From assembly GCA_028023455.1 (NCBI GenBank), contig JAQFVV010000003.1:6386001-6450000 (forward strand): a stretch of DNA of 64,000 nt, written 5' to 3'. The translations under genes and the position numbers were made by a program. The notes under the pieces were generated by a model, which was not told where the DNA came from, ran no database searches, and saw nothing but the letters and a program-made list of their open reading frames with translations. Within the stretch, counting starts at the first letter, position 1, and each line of letters begins with the position of its first letter. Below are positions 1 to 14,169 of the stretch, one piece after another. This stretch comes from Epiperipatus broadwayi. Lineage: Eukaryota; Animalia; Onychophora.

Positions 1-2911
1 TACACATATAAGTGGGTCAGTAATGGAATTTAAAAAACACAGTAATTAAAAGTAAATTTTCTTTATCTTAATTGCAAAAAGTTAATGACACTTTTTAGTT
101 CACCTTAATTAAATACCATACTTTTATCTAAAAGGATTTATTAATCCTTTCAACAACAACTTTGTAGGATTTTTTTTTATCAAAATATGTTGATACAAGA
201 TTTAATTTAAAAAATTTCTTAATCTAATCAAAATAGTGAAATTTTATAATTACCAATATGATCTATTATGCATAAAAACATGTTTGTTTTAGATTTCTTT
301 CTTTTTTTAATGATCAAAATTAGAAGCAAATATTAAATAGACCTTTTTAAATGTTTAATTTATAATATTTTTTTAAATTCAAAATTATTATTTAACACGT
401 AACTGTTATTTCAGTGTAAAAATAAATATCTGCCAAAAATTTTGTTTGTGTTTATTTCTACTTTTCCTTTCAACTGAAGTAAAAGAAAAAGTTAGTGAAC
501 CTGGGGTTATGGCAAAATCATCATCATCCCAAGTCAATACAAAATCAATAATTTACAAAAATTTATATATAAATAAAATATATTTAAGGAGAGCATGAGG
601 TCAAGAGATCTCTGCGAGATCATTGAGATATCAGAAGAGCAACTAAGCATAATTAATCATCCACCAGCATTATAAAGTAATTATAAGTACTACTCAAAAC
701 ACCATTCATTGTCATGGAATAATCAACAATTAAAATAAATCATTATAATAAATCAACAGTCCATCTTGTGTCTGGATTTGAACAATAAAAAATATAAATC
801 AACAGTCAACCTTGTGACTGGATTGAAAATGGGTCTTCTATTGACCAGGCTAACTACTGAATCTTTGCCAGCTTGGGGCAATTATTTAAGCATAATGTGA
901 ATGCACCATTTAAGTGCTAATCCATTAGAATACATAATCAAAAAATCTAAACAATAATGCTGGGATGCATAAACATCCTAATCATCATCAATGCTCTGGT
1001 CACTTGTTTTGGCCAATGGTAAACTTAAATTTTTAATGATACTAAACTAAAATTAAAGGTAATGCATGGAATTTAAATAATATAGTCTTATGTGCCAACC
1101 AAAATGATGATTGATCATTGCTGGATGCCCCAAAAGCACTAATATATATATATCCCCATTTATATATTCATTCTGTGCATAAATCTAGCTCAGAGAACAT
1201 AAACTCTATTACAGTTTGTGACCAAGAGATGATGGAAACAATTTTTAACAATAAAAAACAACATTAAAGTTATAAAAATAAGATTATACATATATAAGCT
1301 TTCAGATTTTGATCACAATACAAAATTTCAAATGATCACATTGCTATTTACATAATTACTATTCAAAATACAAATTGTTACATTGGTTTACAGATATATG
1401 TGCACAGATGTGTGATTTCTAATATACAATTAATACATCTTTGAATAGACATTTAATAATAAAAAAATGATTAAAATTTTACATATAAGTCATACTTGAC
1501 AAGCATTGGTATTTGCAATACAATTGACAGATATACACATGTGAACATATTTAACTTGTTCTATAATAATACATGATTAAGCTTTTAAATTATATTTTAA
1601 ATAATACAAATACTTATGATATGTTTACTAAAACACTTATATAGAATTGTACAGATTATTAACAAATTTAATTTTGTCAAACAATAATTTTTATAATTAA
1701 TAATTCTATTTTAAATGTACATAAAATTTACATATTAAAAAAACAGTTTATCAAATTCTATTACAGCTTTCTTTTAAAAAAAGTATAGTCAATTTTTGAG
1801 AGGTTAGACAGCTATTTATTAGGTTTTAAATGTCTTTAAATTTTAAAATATAGACTTAAAATGTCTTCCAAATGAATTATTTAAAAACAACTCACTTTTG
1901 TATACATGTTTATCTGTGCTTCTCTGCATATAGACACAGCAGCATACATATAACTACTTCTTTATTTAGCTGGTGTGTCTCTTGGGAAAGCTGATTTTTA
2001 GTCAATCCAGGTAATTGTCATCATCAGGTAAAATGATATAATTCAGGTATGGTTGGCTTTTTCCATCTACAGTTGTTTCCACATAGACTTGGATTTGTTC
2101 AGATTTAGGTCAGCAAGCTGTTTTCCAGAAACTTTTAAGGCTATGAATTGGAACACAAAGAAATAGGTCATTTTTTCCATGTGAATTCAAACTCCACTAT
2201 TGAACTGAAGAGCAGCTACTTCCAGCATTCTTACATCCTCATGGCAGTTCTCTATATAACTCTACTAGCCATCTCTGCAGCTAGCTTTACTGTGGCATTC
2301 TCTGTTACAGTTACCAACTCTTCACAAAATATTTTAGCCAATTTTACAGCTAGTTCTGCTAACTATTTTTCAAAAATATTAAAGCCAAATTTGCAGTTGG
2401 CCTAGCTGGCCACTGCTTAAAATATTTAAACCAGACTCTTCTGGATAACTCTTACAAAACTGCAAGCAAAAACTATCTGATATTTTTATCAGTCTTTTTA
2501 TAATCTTGGTTGTGTCATGAGATAAAAACATAGTGACTGTTTTCAATCTGTCTAATCCTTTTGAAAACAAGCTTGAATTTTTTATCAAAGTATGATTGGA
2601 AAAAGTTGATTTCAATTAACTTTAATCCTTTGGAATTTCCATACATGTTTTTACTTAGATAATAGAAATTTACAAATTAATTAATAGATTTCAAAAATAG
2701 ACTTTTTTTATATAATTATCCAAAAACATACTTATTTTTAAATTTTCAAAATCAGAATAAAAATATTAATTTTTATTTATCAGACCTTAATTTTATAAAA
2801 AATATTATTTCAAATCAGAGTTATTTAACCCTTTATGTATTCTTTTTATTTCAATGAATGTAGAAAATATCTACTACAATTTTAGTCTGTGTTATTTCTA
2901 CTTTTCCTTTC

Positions 2912-2946
<35 letters not shown>

Positions 2947-3964
2947 AACATGCACACACACTTTATTACTGGGTGACATGTAACCCAGGTGGTAACAGTA
3001 TGCCATAAAACCTATAACCATCGCACATTCCTTCTCATGGGAAAAAGGAAAAGAGAAATGAAACATTTACCTAACAATATTTTACATAATATATATCTAT
3101 AACTAAAACAAAACAAAGTTTGTACCTTAAACTACATATTCACCAATTTTTTTAGAGATCTGATAGGCATCTGATACCTAATGGAATGAATAGTGACCTG
3201 CAATTCTGAGATAGATAAACAATTCAATCACTGAACTATAAGTACACATGAACACCAAGATAGTTGCCTCAATTTAAACACTATAAGCTACCACAAATCA
3301 AAATAAAAATTATACAAAAGTCTTTTCAAAGCCCTATTCCTTTGAGTTGTAGGGGCTGGAAAATACAAAACTATGCCTTACTCATTTTCTTAGAGACTTA
3401 AGAAGCTGGAATCATGGCAGAACTACAATAAATGTACCATAATAAACAATAGGAAATCAGAGAGTATGTTGGAGCAATGCCTGAGATAGAACACATCTTG
3501 GAGTTGCATGAAAACACTGTATCCTCAAGCCAATGATAAAATTCTCCATCCATCATCAAAACTGAAAGTACAGCTAGATAAACTCTAACAGTCAAAAACC
3601 CAATCCAATCTCCAAAATCATAGACTTTCTATTCAATTCTATATATGAAGTTCTTAAATGTATATTAACCACTATTTTATAACTTATAATCATCAATACT
3701 CTTGTTACATATTTCACAGTAATTTTTTATATTAATTTTGCATAAACTGCATACTTTTTTCAGATGTGGTTATATTTTAGATCAAGTTGATTGGTAATTT
3801 TTGCACCAGTACTTGATTATCATCAGTCCCACAATTGTGTAGCTATTTGTCATGGTATGAAGTCAGGGGTGAACCATGGATGATGATGAAAAATGTCCTC
3901 ATCAACTGCAGTTAATGAATCAAGTTAAATATACAATGAATATAATAAAAAAATGAATGAATAA

Positions 3965-4122
3965 GTATGAGGCTCCTCACTGATGAAAACCACAAGATAG
4001 AATCTAGTCTGGGGATATTGGATGAGTATGCACTAGATAGGGATTTTATGCCTTCTGGCATCCATTGATTACTCTGGCTTGCACTGTGTGGCACTACTAT
4101 ATGGAGAGTTTTGACTGTTTTA
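3965..4122 (+). mobile_element. Hammerhead-bearing short repeat, family A copy 1
   Basis: Alignable with 22700-22880 (+) and 49652-49841 (-); contains tcctca CTGATGA aaaccacaagata GAAT ctagtc tgggga (3974-4015). Confidence 0.8.
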
Positions 4123-6170
4123 ATCACCCACAATGGTCAAGATTACTGGATTAAATCTAAATCTGTCATTAATATAATCTAATGACTTAATTTTCCAAGC
4201 AACAAATTGTTTGATTGGTTCATTCTGTGTAGTTTACTGCAGGATTAAAATGATAAACTGAAAATTTCTTATTCAAGGTTTTATTGGCTACTTCTAATGT
4301 TTAAATGTTACATATTCACTTTAGTAATTAACTACTCAATGATTATATCTTCAGAAAGACGACTTAACATATACATATAATCAATAAAGATTCTTGTCTC
4401 TGTTGGCCTCCTGAGTGAACACATAATTTAATTAAAATTTAATTTGTTATTAGAGAACAGTAGTAAACCTTCATAACTCAATTTTAAAGTATTTTTCAAA
4501 TAATTTAAGACAAATATATAACATTATGTTAACATGTAGATATGTGGATAAAAATATATTTATAAAGACGACCAGAATTAAATTTGAGATGAATGATTAA
4601 ATCATTAGCATTAAATATCTATCTTTTAATACATAAAATTCATATTTATAAATATCCTTGTCATAATTTTGTATAAGTTACATTTAAATGGATCTTTTCC
4701 AAGTATACATTTATAGAAATAATATTTATGCATATATATATATACACGCATTTGTCAGTTTATAAACTAGGGAATAATTTTTATTATCAATCTCATAGTT
4801 TCCAGACTTGCAAAAAAAAAAAAGCCGAACTATGTTTTATAATTAAATTACATATATATAAAATGGCTATATTGTATACTAGTTACCTAATAGTTCTGCA
4901 ATCGCTACAATCTAGAGTTCAAATCAACGTAAAATTTAAAAATTTTGGAGGTAATCAAAAATTTTCAAGAAGCATAGAATTTTTTTTTTTTTTATTTAGG
5001 TAATTTTACTATTTTCGTTTGGTAAATGATACCAAGCTATTTTTATTTTGAGCATTAAAAAAAAATTATAAATAGTCTTCTCAACTATAATATATTTCTC
5101 TCGAAAGTGATTCTGGAACTCTACACAGTAGGTTATTTACAGCTTTGTATCTAAAAATTCATCATCATAATTTTCAAACATTATTAATCCATTACAGAAT
5201 ACTATTCGATGCTATGTTTAATTCAGATTTTTGTATTCATATATTTTTCTCCTCTGTATAACTTTTTTGAGGGAAAACTCCTTATCTCAACCATCCATCA
5301 AATATGTGAACTCTTACAAATCAAGATATCAAGTGTCTACCATAATTCTTTTAATGCCCTTTTGCAGCATTATATATTACTCTTTTATTGAGCACTCAAA
5401 TCTCAAAACCATAACTAAGCACTGATAAAATATATTATTTAAAAACTTTCTTTTGAAGACAGATATATTTCTATAAATAAACAATATACTGTATATCATA
5501 AATTCATTTTAATTTATAGGATTGGCAAAATAACATTTGTCTTCATTAGTAAAGAGGTTAATTATTTGATTGGTTTGAACAAGTTAATAAAAATCGACAA
5601 CTAAACGTAAATCCTATCAATCAGACCTTTCAATTTCAGGTTGGATATGTACTCTTTATTTATTTTTTGCTTTTGATTTGACAAATGTATATATATCAGT
5701 GACGAAACATGACTTTTTTAGAATGGAAGCACACTACATCTTTTTTTTTTAATAATGTTTTTATTTTACTTGTCACAGCAACTTTCACACGTTTAAATGA
5801 TCGTGTATAATTTGAAATGCGATTTAGTTTAAATTATAAATCAATTTTATACTTTATTTTGCTTAGATCGCATATATATATATTCTACATACCACTGTCA
5901 TATATATATAGCATCCTGCTATTTAGTCATTTGCTATTTTGTAAATAATTTTAAAATAATCTGTAAAAATTATATCATACCATATGTGCGTTTAGTATGT
6001 CTGGGATGATGAAATCAAAATTTTATTAGAGACAATAAATGTTTGTCGAAATATATTTTAAGATGTAAACAAGATTTAGCCAACTGTGTTGATTGCTATA
6101 ATCTTGTGGGAAAATAAATAGACAAATATAAGAAAACATCCTGTTCATGGATTAAAACAAAAGCTAAATG

Positions 6171-6270
6171 TTTTTTTTTAAGTGTCATAGCATCGGCCGG
6201 GATGCGAACCCGCAACCCGGGCAACTGCCTGCAAGTGCAAGGCAGTCGCGCTTACCTCTCGACCACCAAT
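6171..6270 (-). mobile_element. tRNA-derived SINE copy 1
   Basis: A-box-like TGGTCGAGAGG, B-box-like GGTTCGCATCCC, A-rich tail; homologous to 36321, 37633 and 60855 copies. Confidence 0.85.
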
Positions 6271-9200
6271 TTGGTCTCTAAAAATATCAAATTTTAAAGG
6301 TGCTAATATTTGCTAACTTCACTCGGAAGATTTTGTTTAATAAAAATGTAATTTCATCATGAGAAAGTATAAATAGGCTGGTTTTGCTACATATATACTC
6401 AGTCAAATTTTAGAAAGGTCTGCAAACCAAATCCATGATCGTTTGAATTTTAGGATGGCTTTGTAGTTAAGTGGATTGGGCTATTCCTCACGCCCGAGGA
6501 ATGGTGATTTTCATCTCCATCCTACGTGCCAAAATGGTATAAGCCAACCTAGCGATGGATAACCTTCCTGATAAAAACTTACTGCAATAGTACTTCAAGT
6601 AGAGAGCTGCTGCCTATCCAGAGAACAAAGCCAAGAGACATGATGCTGACCAGGAGTTAAGTAATAACTTTCACGACTACCGCAAGAGCTCTCAGATGAA
6701 CTTTAATTATTAATTTTCAAAACTATAGCTATATTAAATTTAAATAAACATCCAGTTTAAAATCTAATAATTCAAATCTTTCTTTTAAACCCCTTTAGTT
6801 AATATCTTACTTGAATGCCCAAATGTTTAGGACCTATGGTAAGTACACACCTTTGAAAAGCCTATTTACAAAATAGCTTTTGTGTGCCACTCCTAGAAAA
6901 AAATAAAAAATAAATTTCTCCCCCTCCTAGAAGGATGTGCAATACCATATGTTCAGCAGAACCTAAGAATAAGATTTAACATCCCTGTAGAGTGATATCC
7001 CGTGTGGCTAGCTCAGTACACTCTATATCCAGGGTCTTCAATGGGTAAGTTAAATGGTTATAATAGGTATGTGATTGATCAGGAAAGAGTATATTTTATC
7101 AAATAAATAATAATATGAAAACGAAACAAATTTGATATTATGATCAAGTATTTATTTAATCCCAGATACCCACCACCGTTTCATACTTAAAATGATATAA
7201 TAAAAATAAATAAATGAATTATTATCACAAACCCGTATATATATTTGATGCTTTGAAATAGATAAAATATAAATACAATTTTAAATGAATAAGAAAAATA
7301 ATAAATCCCTAAAGCTATTTACAATGTTTCATAAAGAATGGAAGTGGTCTTTGTGTGATTTGATATATATTTTTTTCAGATAAGAGATTTTCAGTTATAC
7401 AGGCATACACTTCTACTCAGGACTTTGAAACCCTTTTTATTGAAAGCAAATATAATAATAATAAAAAACTATGTGTACATATATTTGTACTATAAAATTT
7501 TTCACTAATTTCGTATTTTACAACATGTCAATAAGGTTGTGTTAGCACAGATACCATATAGCACTCAACATGAGGTGCTGTATCTATTTGCCTTTTATGA
7601 TTGATAAATTCTTATACATGTATATACGTGCAACACAATTATACACTCACCACTATTCTAAATGTAAAGTTATTAGTGGACTTGCTTATGGGAAACTCAC
7701 GATAAATAAACCCCTTTGGCACTCATCATAAGGTGCCACAATGACAAAAATAACTTAAAAGGATATACAGATAAATACATTTTAGACACTCAACATGAGG
7801 TGTCACATTTAATGAATATTACAAGTATATGTGCATATATATACACATGTATATTTACATATGACAATTTTCAAGAGTAACAACAAAAAAAAAACACAAA
7901 CAGTAACAAAAAAAACTAATTGCAACCTTTGCTGAAAATACTAGAATTTGGTATCATTATGCCTGGAATAACTGTAAATACAATATATATATATATATGC
8001 CAGAGACAATTCTCTCCCCCCCCCCTTTTTTTTTTTAAATGATTAATAATAATAATAAAAAAATAATAATATATTTAATCGGAAATATCAGAGTTAATTA
8101 GTTCAATATTAATAAAATATTTTTAAAATAAACTTATGTAGGCATCTTCACCTTCTCCTGACTGGCTTTTTTGAGTGGGCTTTAAATCAAATGGCTGTGC
8201 GGTGAGGATTTCATCTCATTCAGGCATAGGCAAGGTGGCATGATCACATCTGGGCAATTTGGACAGAGAAAGGGCAGGTGCAACAGCTGGTTATACCCCA
8301 TGGTCATTTTACTGGAACCTCTAGTAGATTGCTTCATATTTTCTTTTTTTGTATATTATAATAATTATGATTATTATTAAATTTTCATTTGCTATCTTGA
8401 ATGGTTACTCGAATCCACAAGAAGACAAAAGTTCTTAAAAGAACTATATAATGGATTTATTCTTAAGAAATATCAGTAATAGTCTGGTCTGTATATGAAT
8501 CTTTAAGTGGCTGGAGGATTGGAGAATTCTGGAGCCAAAGTAGTGAATGACTTGCCCAGAATGACTGCCAAAGAAAGAATGAACTGAATCCCACAGCACT
8601 GATTAAAACCTATCCACTCCACTCATACAGAACCAATTCAAGCATCCCCCTGAGGAGTATGGATCAGCCAACCCTTTTAATTTAGCTTATCATTTAGATT
8701 ATAAACATTCCTTTCTATTTTTCCAATTAAATTCTACATTTTACGGTTTGATATAATGATTAGTTTCCATTCTGAATACTCAGACCACTTGATTACAGAT
8801 ATCAATTCAAAAGAATTTTATTTTATCTAAAAAGAAAAAAAATAACATTTTAATTATAGCATTGGTTATCAAATATTTTGCTTTTTGATTAGTTTTTTAC
8901 CAAAGCAATTAACATTTTTTTTTTTTATTATAAAATAAGATTACAGATTTAGACAAGTAATTAAAAAAATAAAAAATATATACAAGTATGTTGGAACAAT
9001 TACTTTAATTATTTATTTTACTAATATGTTCCAACATGTGATCCATTCGTTCAATAAAGTTTGCTTTTCTCTATTTGAATTTTTCAGAGAAAAGCAAAAT
9101 ATATAAAATGACATATACTGAAAATATACAAAAAATAAAAATAAAAAATACATGAGTTTATTATATGTGTACTTGTGTACAATATTTCTGTGTCAATTTC

Positions 9201-10121
9201 ATGTTACTTTAAATTGGTGTTTGTGGGTATTTTAATGCTCAGACCCCACTTCCATTACTAATGCAGCATATTTATATATTTGTTGTGCTTAATATATATA
9301 AATTTACATGTGTATCTGGTGTAATGTTTTTACAGCAGACTTTGTGCATGACCATTTGATAATGCCTGGCACTATATATATATATATATGAAGATTATCT
9401 GGTATCTGGTAATGGCATCTATTCAAACTTTGGTATTATTATAACACCAGTTTAATATCTGTGATATAGTGGCACTAATATCTAGTTTACTATTTAATAA
9501 AATTATTATTTTTATTAAGAAAGTTTATATTCATTAATTTCCATTTGTATATATGTATACATCTTTTCTTCATGATAAACATTTATTTAGTTAAAGGTAT
9601 ATTTAGTTAAATATACATGTGTGATTACAGTTCTAAGTATTATGTTTAGACTCATAGCAACCAGAAGTGATGATAGGAAAGTTTAAGATATTCTATAAAC
9701 CATTCAAATAAATCTACAAAAATAGTCTTACAATGTTGGTAACAATTTTAAGTATGTCTTACCCTATTTAAATACAAAGAAAGCTGTTTTTACTAAATGA
9801 CACTTTTACTAATCAAAATGAGGTTGAATCACCAATAGATAAGTGATCTGAAAATAGAATCATTATTATCAAAGAAATTACATGCAATATGTTTACAAAT
9901 AAAATGATAATTGATTTGTTCAATATCATTAGTATATGATTATGTTGTTGTTGTTTTTTTTACATAAAATGGCATATCAACTTGTGGCAAATATAAAATG
10001 TATCATATTTGTTAGATATGCTTTGTCCTGTCATCAAATGGAGGTCTAATATAAGCAGTACCATCATCCTAAACCACTAACTATGCTTCCGCTTGTCACA
10101 ATATACATTATATATGGTAGA

Positions 10122-10552
10122 GTTATAATTATTTATTAAGTGCACAGGAAGTATATGTAAATAGTTTTAAGACAGACTTTAACCTGTATCAAATGCATCT
10201 TGAAATTTATAATAGTCAAGCAATATCTTTATTTTGCTGATAGAGAGACCTCTCAAACTAGACACAAGATAGCAACTTTTATAAAGATAAGAGCAGTGGT
10301 CTTATCTTTGACCTAACTTTCCACTTATATAGGCCAATCTGAAGAATCTTGATTTGGGAGCATGAAGCTTTTGTTCTCTCCACTGTTTAAATCATTTATT
10401 TCCTATACAAATTAACATTCCAAAATCTTGCAGTTTACAACAAGTTAATATTATGATCTTTATACTGGAAATATATAAACCATTGTAGAGTTATAATTAT
10501 TTATTAAGTGCACAGGAAATATATGTAAATACTTTTAAGACAGGCTTTAACC
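10122..10552 (+). mobile_element. Partial tandem (about 1.2 units of a 368-bp monomer) non-coding element with hammerhead-like motif, family C
   Basis: About 70-bp direct repeat at 10117 and 10485; 11-bp flanking duplication tatatggtaga (10111-10121, 10553-10563); internal ttg CTGATAGA gag acct ctc AAACTAGAC acaaga (10234-10269). Confidence 0.6.
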
Positions 10553-12189
10553 TATATGGTAGAAAACCACTAATTAACCATAGTCAGATCTTTTATTTAT
10601 TTTAAAAAATATTATATTTTAAAAAGTTTAAAACCATTGTTACAAACGATACTATTATTATGAATAATGATTTGAATAATATAAAAATGGGTTAAAATAA
10701 AGACATTAGAGTAACAAATAATAGAGATATTATTACAATTACTGATTAAAATAAAAATAATGGAATAGTCATTTGGTCCAGAAGTAATATGACAATCGAG
10801 GAGGAAAAGTATCTGAAAGATCTTCCATCTCTTTAAGCCCTTGAGTTTATCATCACATCACTGCATTAAACTGCAGAGGGAAAAATATATTCAGGAAATC
10901 TCCTTCTCTCTAGAAAAGACTGTTCATTGAGCTTAGCCTATCTTTTGGTCACTGCAATGGAAGCATTCTTTAATGTAACTGCATACTGATATAAATACTC
11001 AAATAATTTGACCACAATTTATAATCATCATAAAAATGGACAAAGTGTTAGATTTATTATTTGTTTTTAACCAAATCATTCATCTACAGAATTATATATA
11101 TATATATATGTGTATGTGTGTGTGTGTGTGTGTATGTGTTTGTGTTATTTATCATTATATATGTATATTGTAGTGGAAGAAGGTGTTGATGAGTAAAAAG
11201 ATGATTAAGTAATATATATGTTAATATGCAAATATAACAAAAAAAGAATGATTAAAGTACATGATTAAATATATTTAGTTGGATGCAAACATTCATTTCA
11301 GTATGACAACAATAAGGATGCACAATGGTTAATGAGAAATAAATGTTTTAAACATTTTAAGCATGATATAAGCATCAAAACAAGTAACACTTTATTTGAG
11401 CTGAAATGCAGTTAATCCCTTTAGTGATTGGTTATATTTCAATATCTATCATTTATCAGTAATCAAATCTTATTTTGGCAACTAAATGATCATCTAATAT
11501 AAGAAGCTTTCTTTGCACTTAAAGTAAAATCTCTTTACTATGAGCACCATTTCTTATGTTAAAAGTTACCCTTACAAATATACATTTCAACCTTTCTAAA
11601 AATATTACACTAAGTCCTTGAAATGTTTCTGGTTGCTAGATGAGTTCAAACATGCATACTTCGGATAGTAGTCACACATATATCATTATCATTAACTAAT
11701 TAAATGTACACCATGGTGTTAAAATACACACATTCACAAAGGGAAATTAACAGTTTAGACTTTCTTAATAACCACAACAATTTTATTATAATAATAAATT
11801 AATATCATATCATGAATGTGAAGGTATATTACAGTTACTAAAATAAAACTTGAATAAATAGCTTCATCTTTGTTTCATTAAAAAAATTAGGTCTAAATAT
11901 ATTTTTAAATATTCATCTCAGTATATTACTATCTTTCTTAAAGAGTACTGCTATATTCAAATGTATTTTATTCCTACATAATATGATTACAAATATAGGG
12001 AGAAATATATATATATATATATATATATTACAAATATAGGGAGAAATATATATATATATATATATATATATAACATATCCTATTCTCTTTTGCCAAATTT
12101 CCTAACTTTTTTTATATGCAAATATAAAGAAAATGTAACCCTACTTTAAGATTTTCATATATGTGTATATATAAACATTAAAAGCATAA

Positions 12190-13330
12190 AGCTAAACTAG
12201 TCAATAAATAATCAAAATTACCCCAAATTCACAACTCAACCAGAATAGCCAATAAAATAAACTCTAAAACACAACCATTCGTTTCACTACTACAAGCAGA
12301 CTTCTCAAATCAAAGAGGTACAAAATAACATATTTAAACTAAACTTTACCCATAATTCCACTTACCTTCCATACACCCTTAATATTAAAAGAATTTTTAA
12401 ATAAGTTAATTGCTTTAGAATCATAAATTTTTAGTAATAAAGTTTCGTTAATTTTTTTTTTTATTTCATTTCTCTCAAAAAAGACAATCTTAGCTTCATC
12501 AAAATTAATAATGTGGCCTGTATTTTTTTTCATGGATATATAAAGCTAAACTAAAATATTTATTTCTAATTCTACTTTTATGTGGCTTTATTCAAACTAT
12601 ACTGATCTATATATATTTTCTTACAAAAACCAGGGATAATATATGCTACTTCAGGAATAGTCTTTCTATCAAAAATTTCTTTATATTATTTAATAAATTA
12701 TTCAAAGTAAAGCCCCTTTTCCAAGCAACTTTTTTATTTCCAAACAAATTATTACTTTTACATACAATTCAATAAGAAGACAATTTAAATGACAAAAAAA
12801 TAAAATCATATATATTCTTTATCCTTTACAACATTACAAATATTATTACTATTAAATAAAATACTTTTAACAAATTTATCACAGTAGCCAACACTCAAAT
12901 AATCTTTATAAAATTGATCTTTTTGAAACAAAGCTATCCCATTAAATTATTTAATCTCTTATTTCTATAGCAATAATTTCTTAAAGCAGCTACTTTATGA
13001 GATACAAGTTGATAGCTATCAGATTTAAATATAGACCTTAACTTTTTATTCTTAATGACTATATACCAAACAAATTATTCTTTATATTTCTAATCATCAA
13101 TAGATATAAAAATTTAAATTTAACAAAATCTAATCCCCTCCTTATACAACATATTTTATAGAAGGATCAAAACAATTAGACTCATTTATCAACTCTTTCA
13201 ATATTACAAACAAATAGCCATCAACATATCTAACAAATAACTTTAAATATAAACAATCCTTCTTAATATAAAAAAAAAAAATTGATATTTCAAAAATTAA
13301 GACTGTTCTGCCATATATAAAGTAAATAAC
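12190..13330 (-). mobile_element. Decayed Penelope-like element 3' fragment (RT thumb to GIY-YIG)
   Basis: YLNSDSYQLVSHKVAALRNYCYR-like thumb segment; ORF 12339-12533 (NTGHIINFDEAKIVFFERNEIKKKINETLLL) is the GIY-YIG C-terminal part; many stops. Confidence 0.75.
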
Positions 13331-13419
13331 TGATAAATTGGTAATGTTTTAAAGAAAAATAATATTCACACAATTTATATTACATTTTAAAAAAAATTAA
13401 TGAAGTATTTCTATGCCCT

Positions 13420-13990
13420 TAAGATAAAATTCCTTTGGAGTATCATGGTATATATGAAGTTCCATATGGAGTTTGTTTACATTTATATATTGAACAGACC
13501 AATCATAGAAGAAACATAAGAAAGAAAGAATACATTTTGGCAGTTAGAGAAAAATCTAATTCATCAGTCATTTATTCACACATTAAATTAACTAACCATG
13601 ACACCAATTTTAATAAAACATATATTCTGGCAAAAATTGAATAATATGACCAGAGATTGCTAAAGGAAGCTATAGAGATTTTTAAAAGGCCTAAGAGCAT
13701 AAATGAAAAGTGTGAATTAAAGAAAATTAACAACATTTGGAAAAAGCTGGAGGATAAAAAAAATTTTTAACTTCTCAACCAATAGAATTTGAGAATGAGA
13801 AAATAATATCAAAGGAAAAAAAACGATTTTAAATCTCACCATACACATTCTTATGATTTGAGAAAGAAGAAGCTCTGAGGAAAGTACTTGTTATTGTACT
13901 GAAAAGTCAGCTATTTAGCTATTATATTTTTATTGCATGGAAGATGGCAGAAATAATACTACAAATTCATTATTTATCCATGAGAATATG
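13420..13990 (+). mobile_element. Penelope-like element 3' end (GIY-YIG plus terminal region)
   Basis: HGIYEVPYGVCLHLYIEQTNHRRNIRKKEY...HDTNFNKTYIL...RLLKEAIEI; hammerhead at 13871-13912. Confidence 0.85.
13871..13912 (+). ncRNA. Minimal type I hammerhead ribozyme motif of the Penelope terminus
   Basis: agct CTGAGGA a agtac-ttgttatt-gtact GAAA agtc agct: stem I agct/agct, 5-bp stem II, one change from the GAAACGTC consensus. Confidence 0.75.
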
Positions 13991-14169
13991 ATAATATATA
14001 TATATATAAACATGCAAATATGTATTTAGGGTATCAGATAAATAAAAACAATGAATTAACTTAGTTAATAATAATAGTAATGTTCGCTTTCTTAAATAAA
14101 TAAAATATGAGATGTTATCAGTAAATAAACTTGTTTTTATGAATATACTACATCTTGAATATTAATAGC

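Noticed and set aside
1900-2640. Coding-like island with ORFs 2148-2405 and 2379-2615
   Set aside because: No frame gives a recognisable domain and all have stops; probably an old TE fragment, but I cannot assign it.
6820-7055. Two plus-strand GTAAGT donor sites suggesting a nested antisense gene
   Set aside because: The intervening candidate exon has stops in all three frames from the best acceptor, and nothing else supports it.
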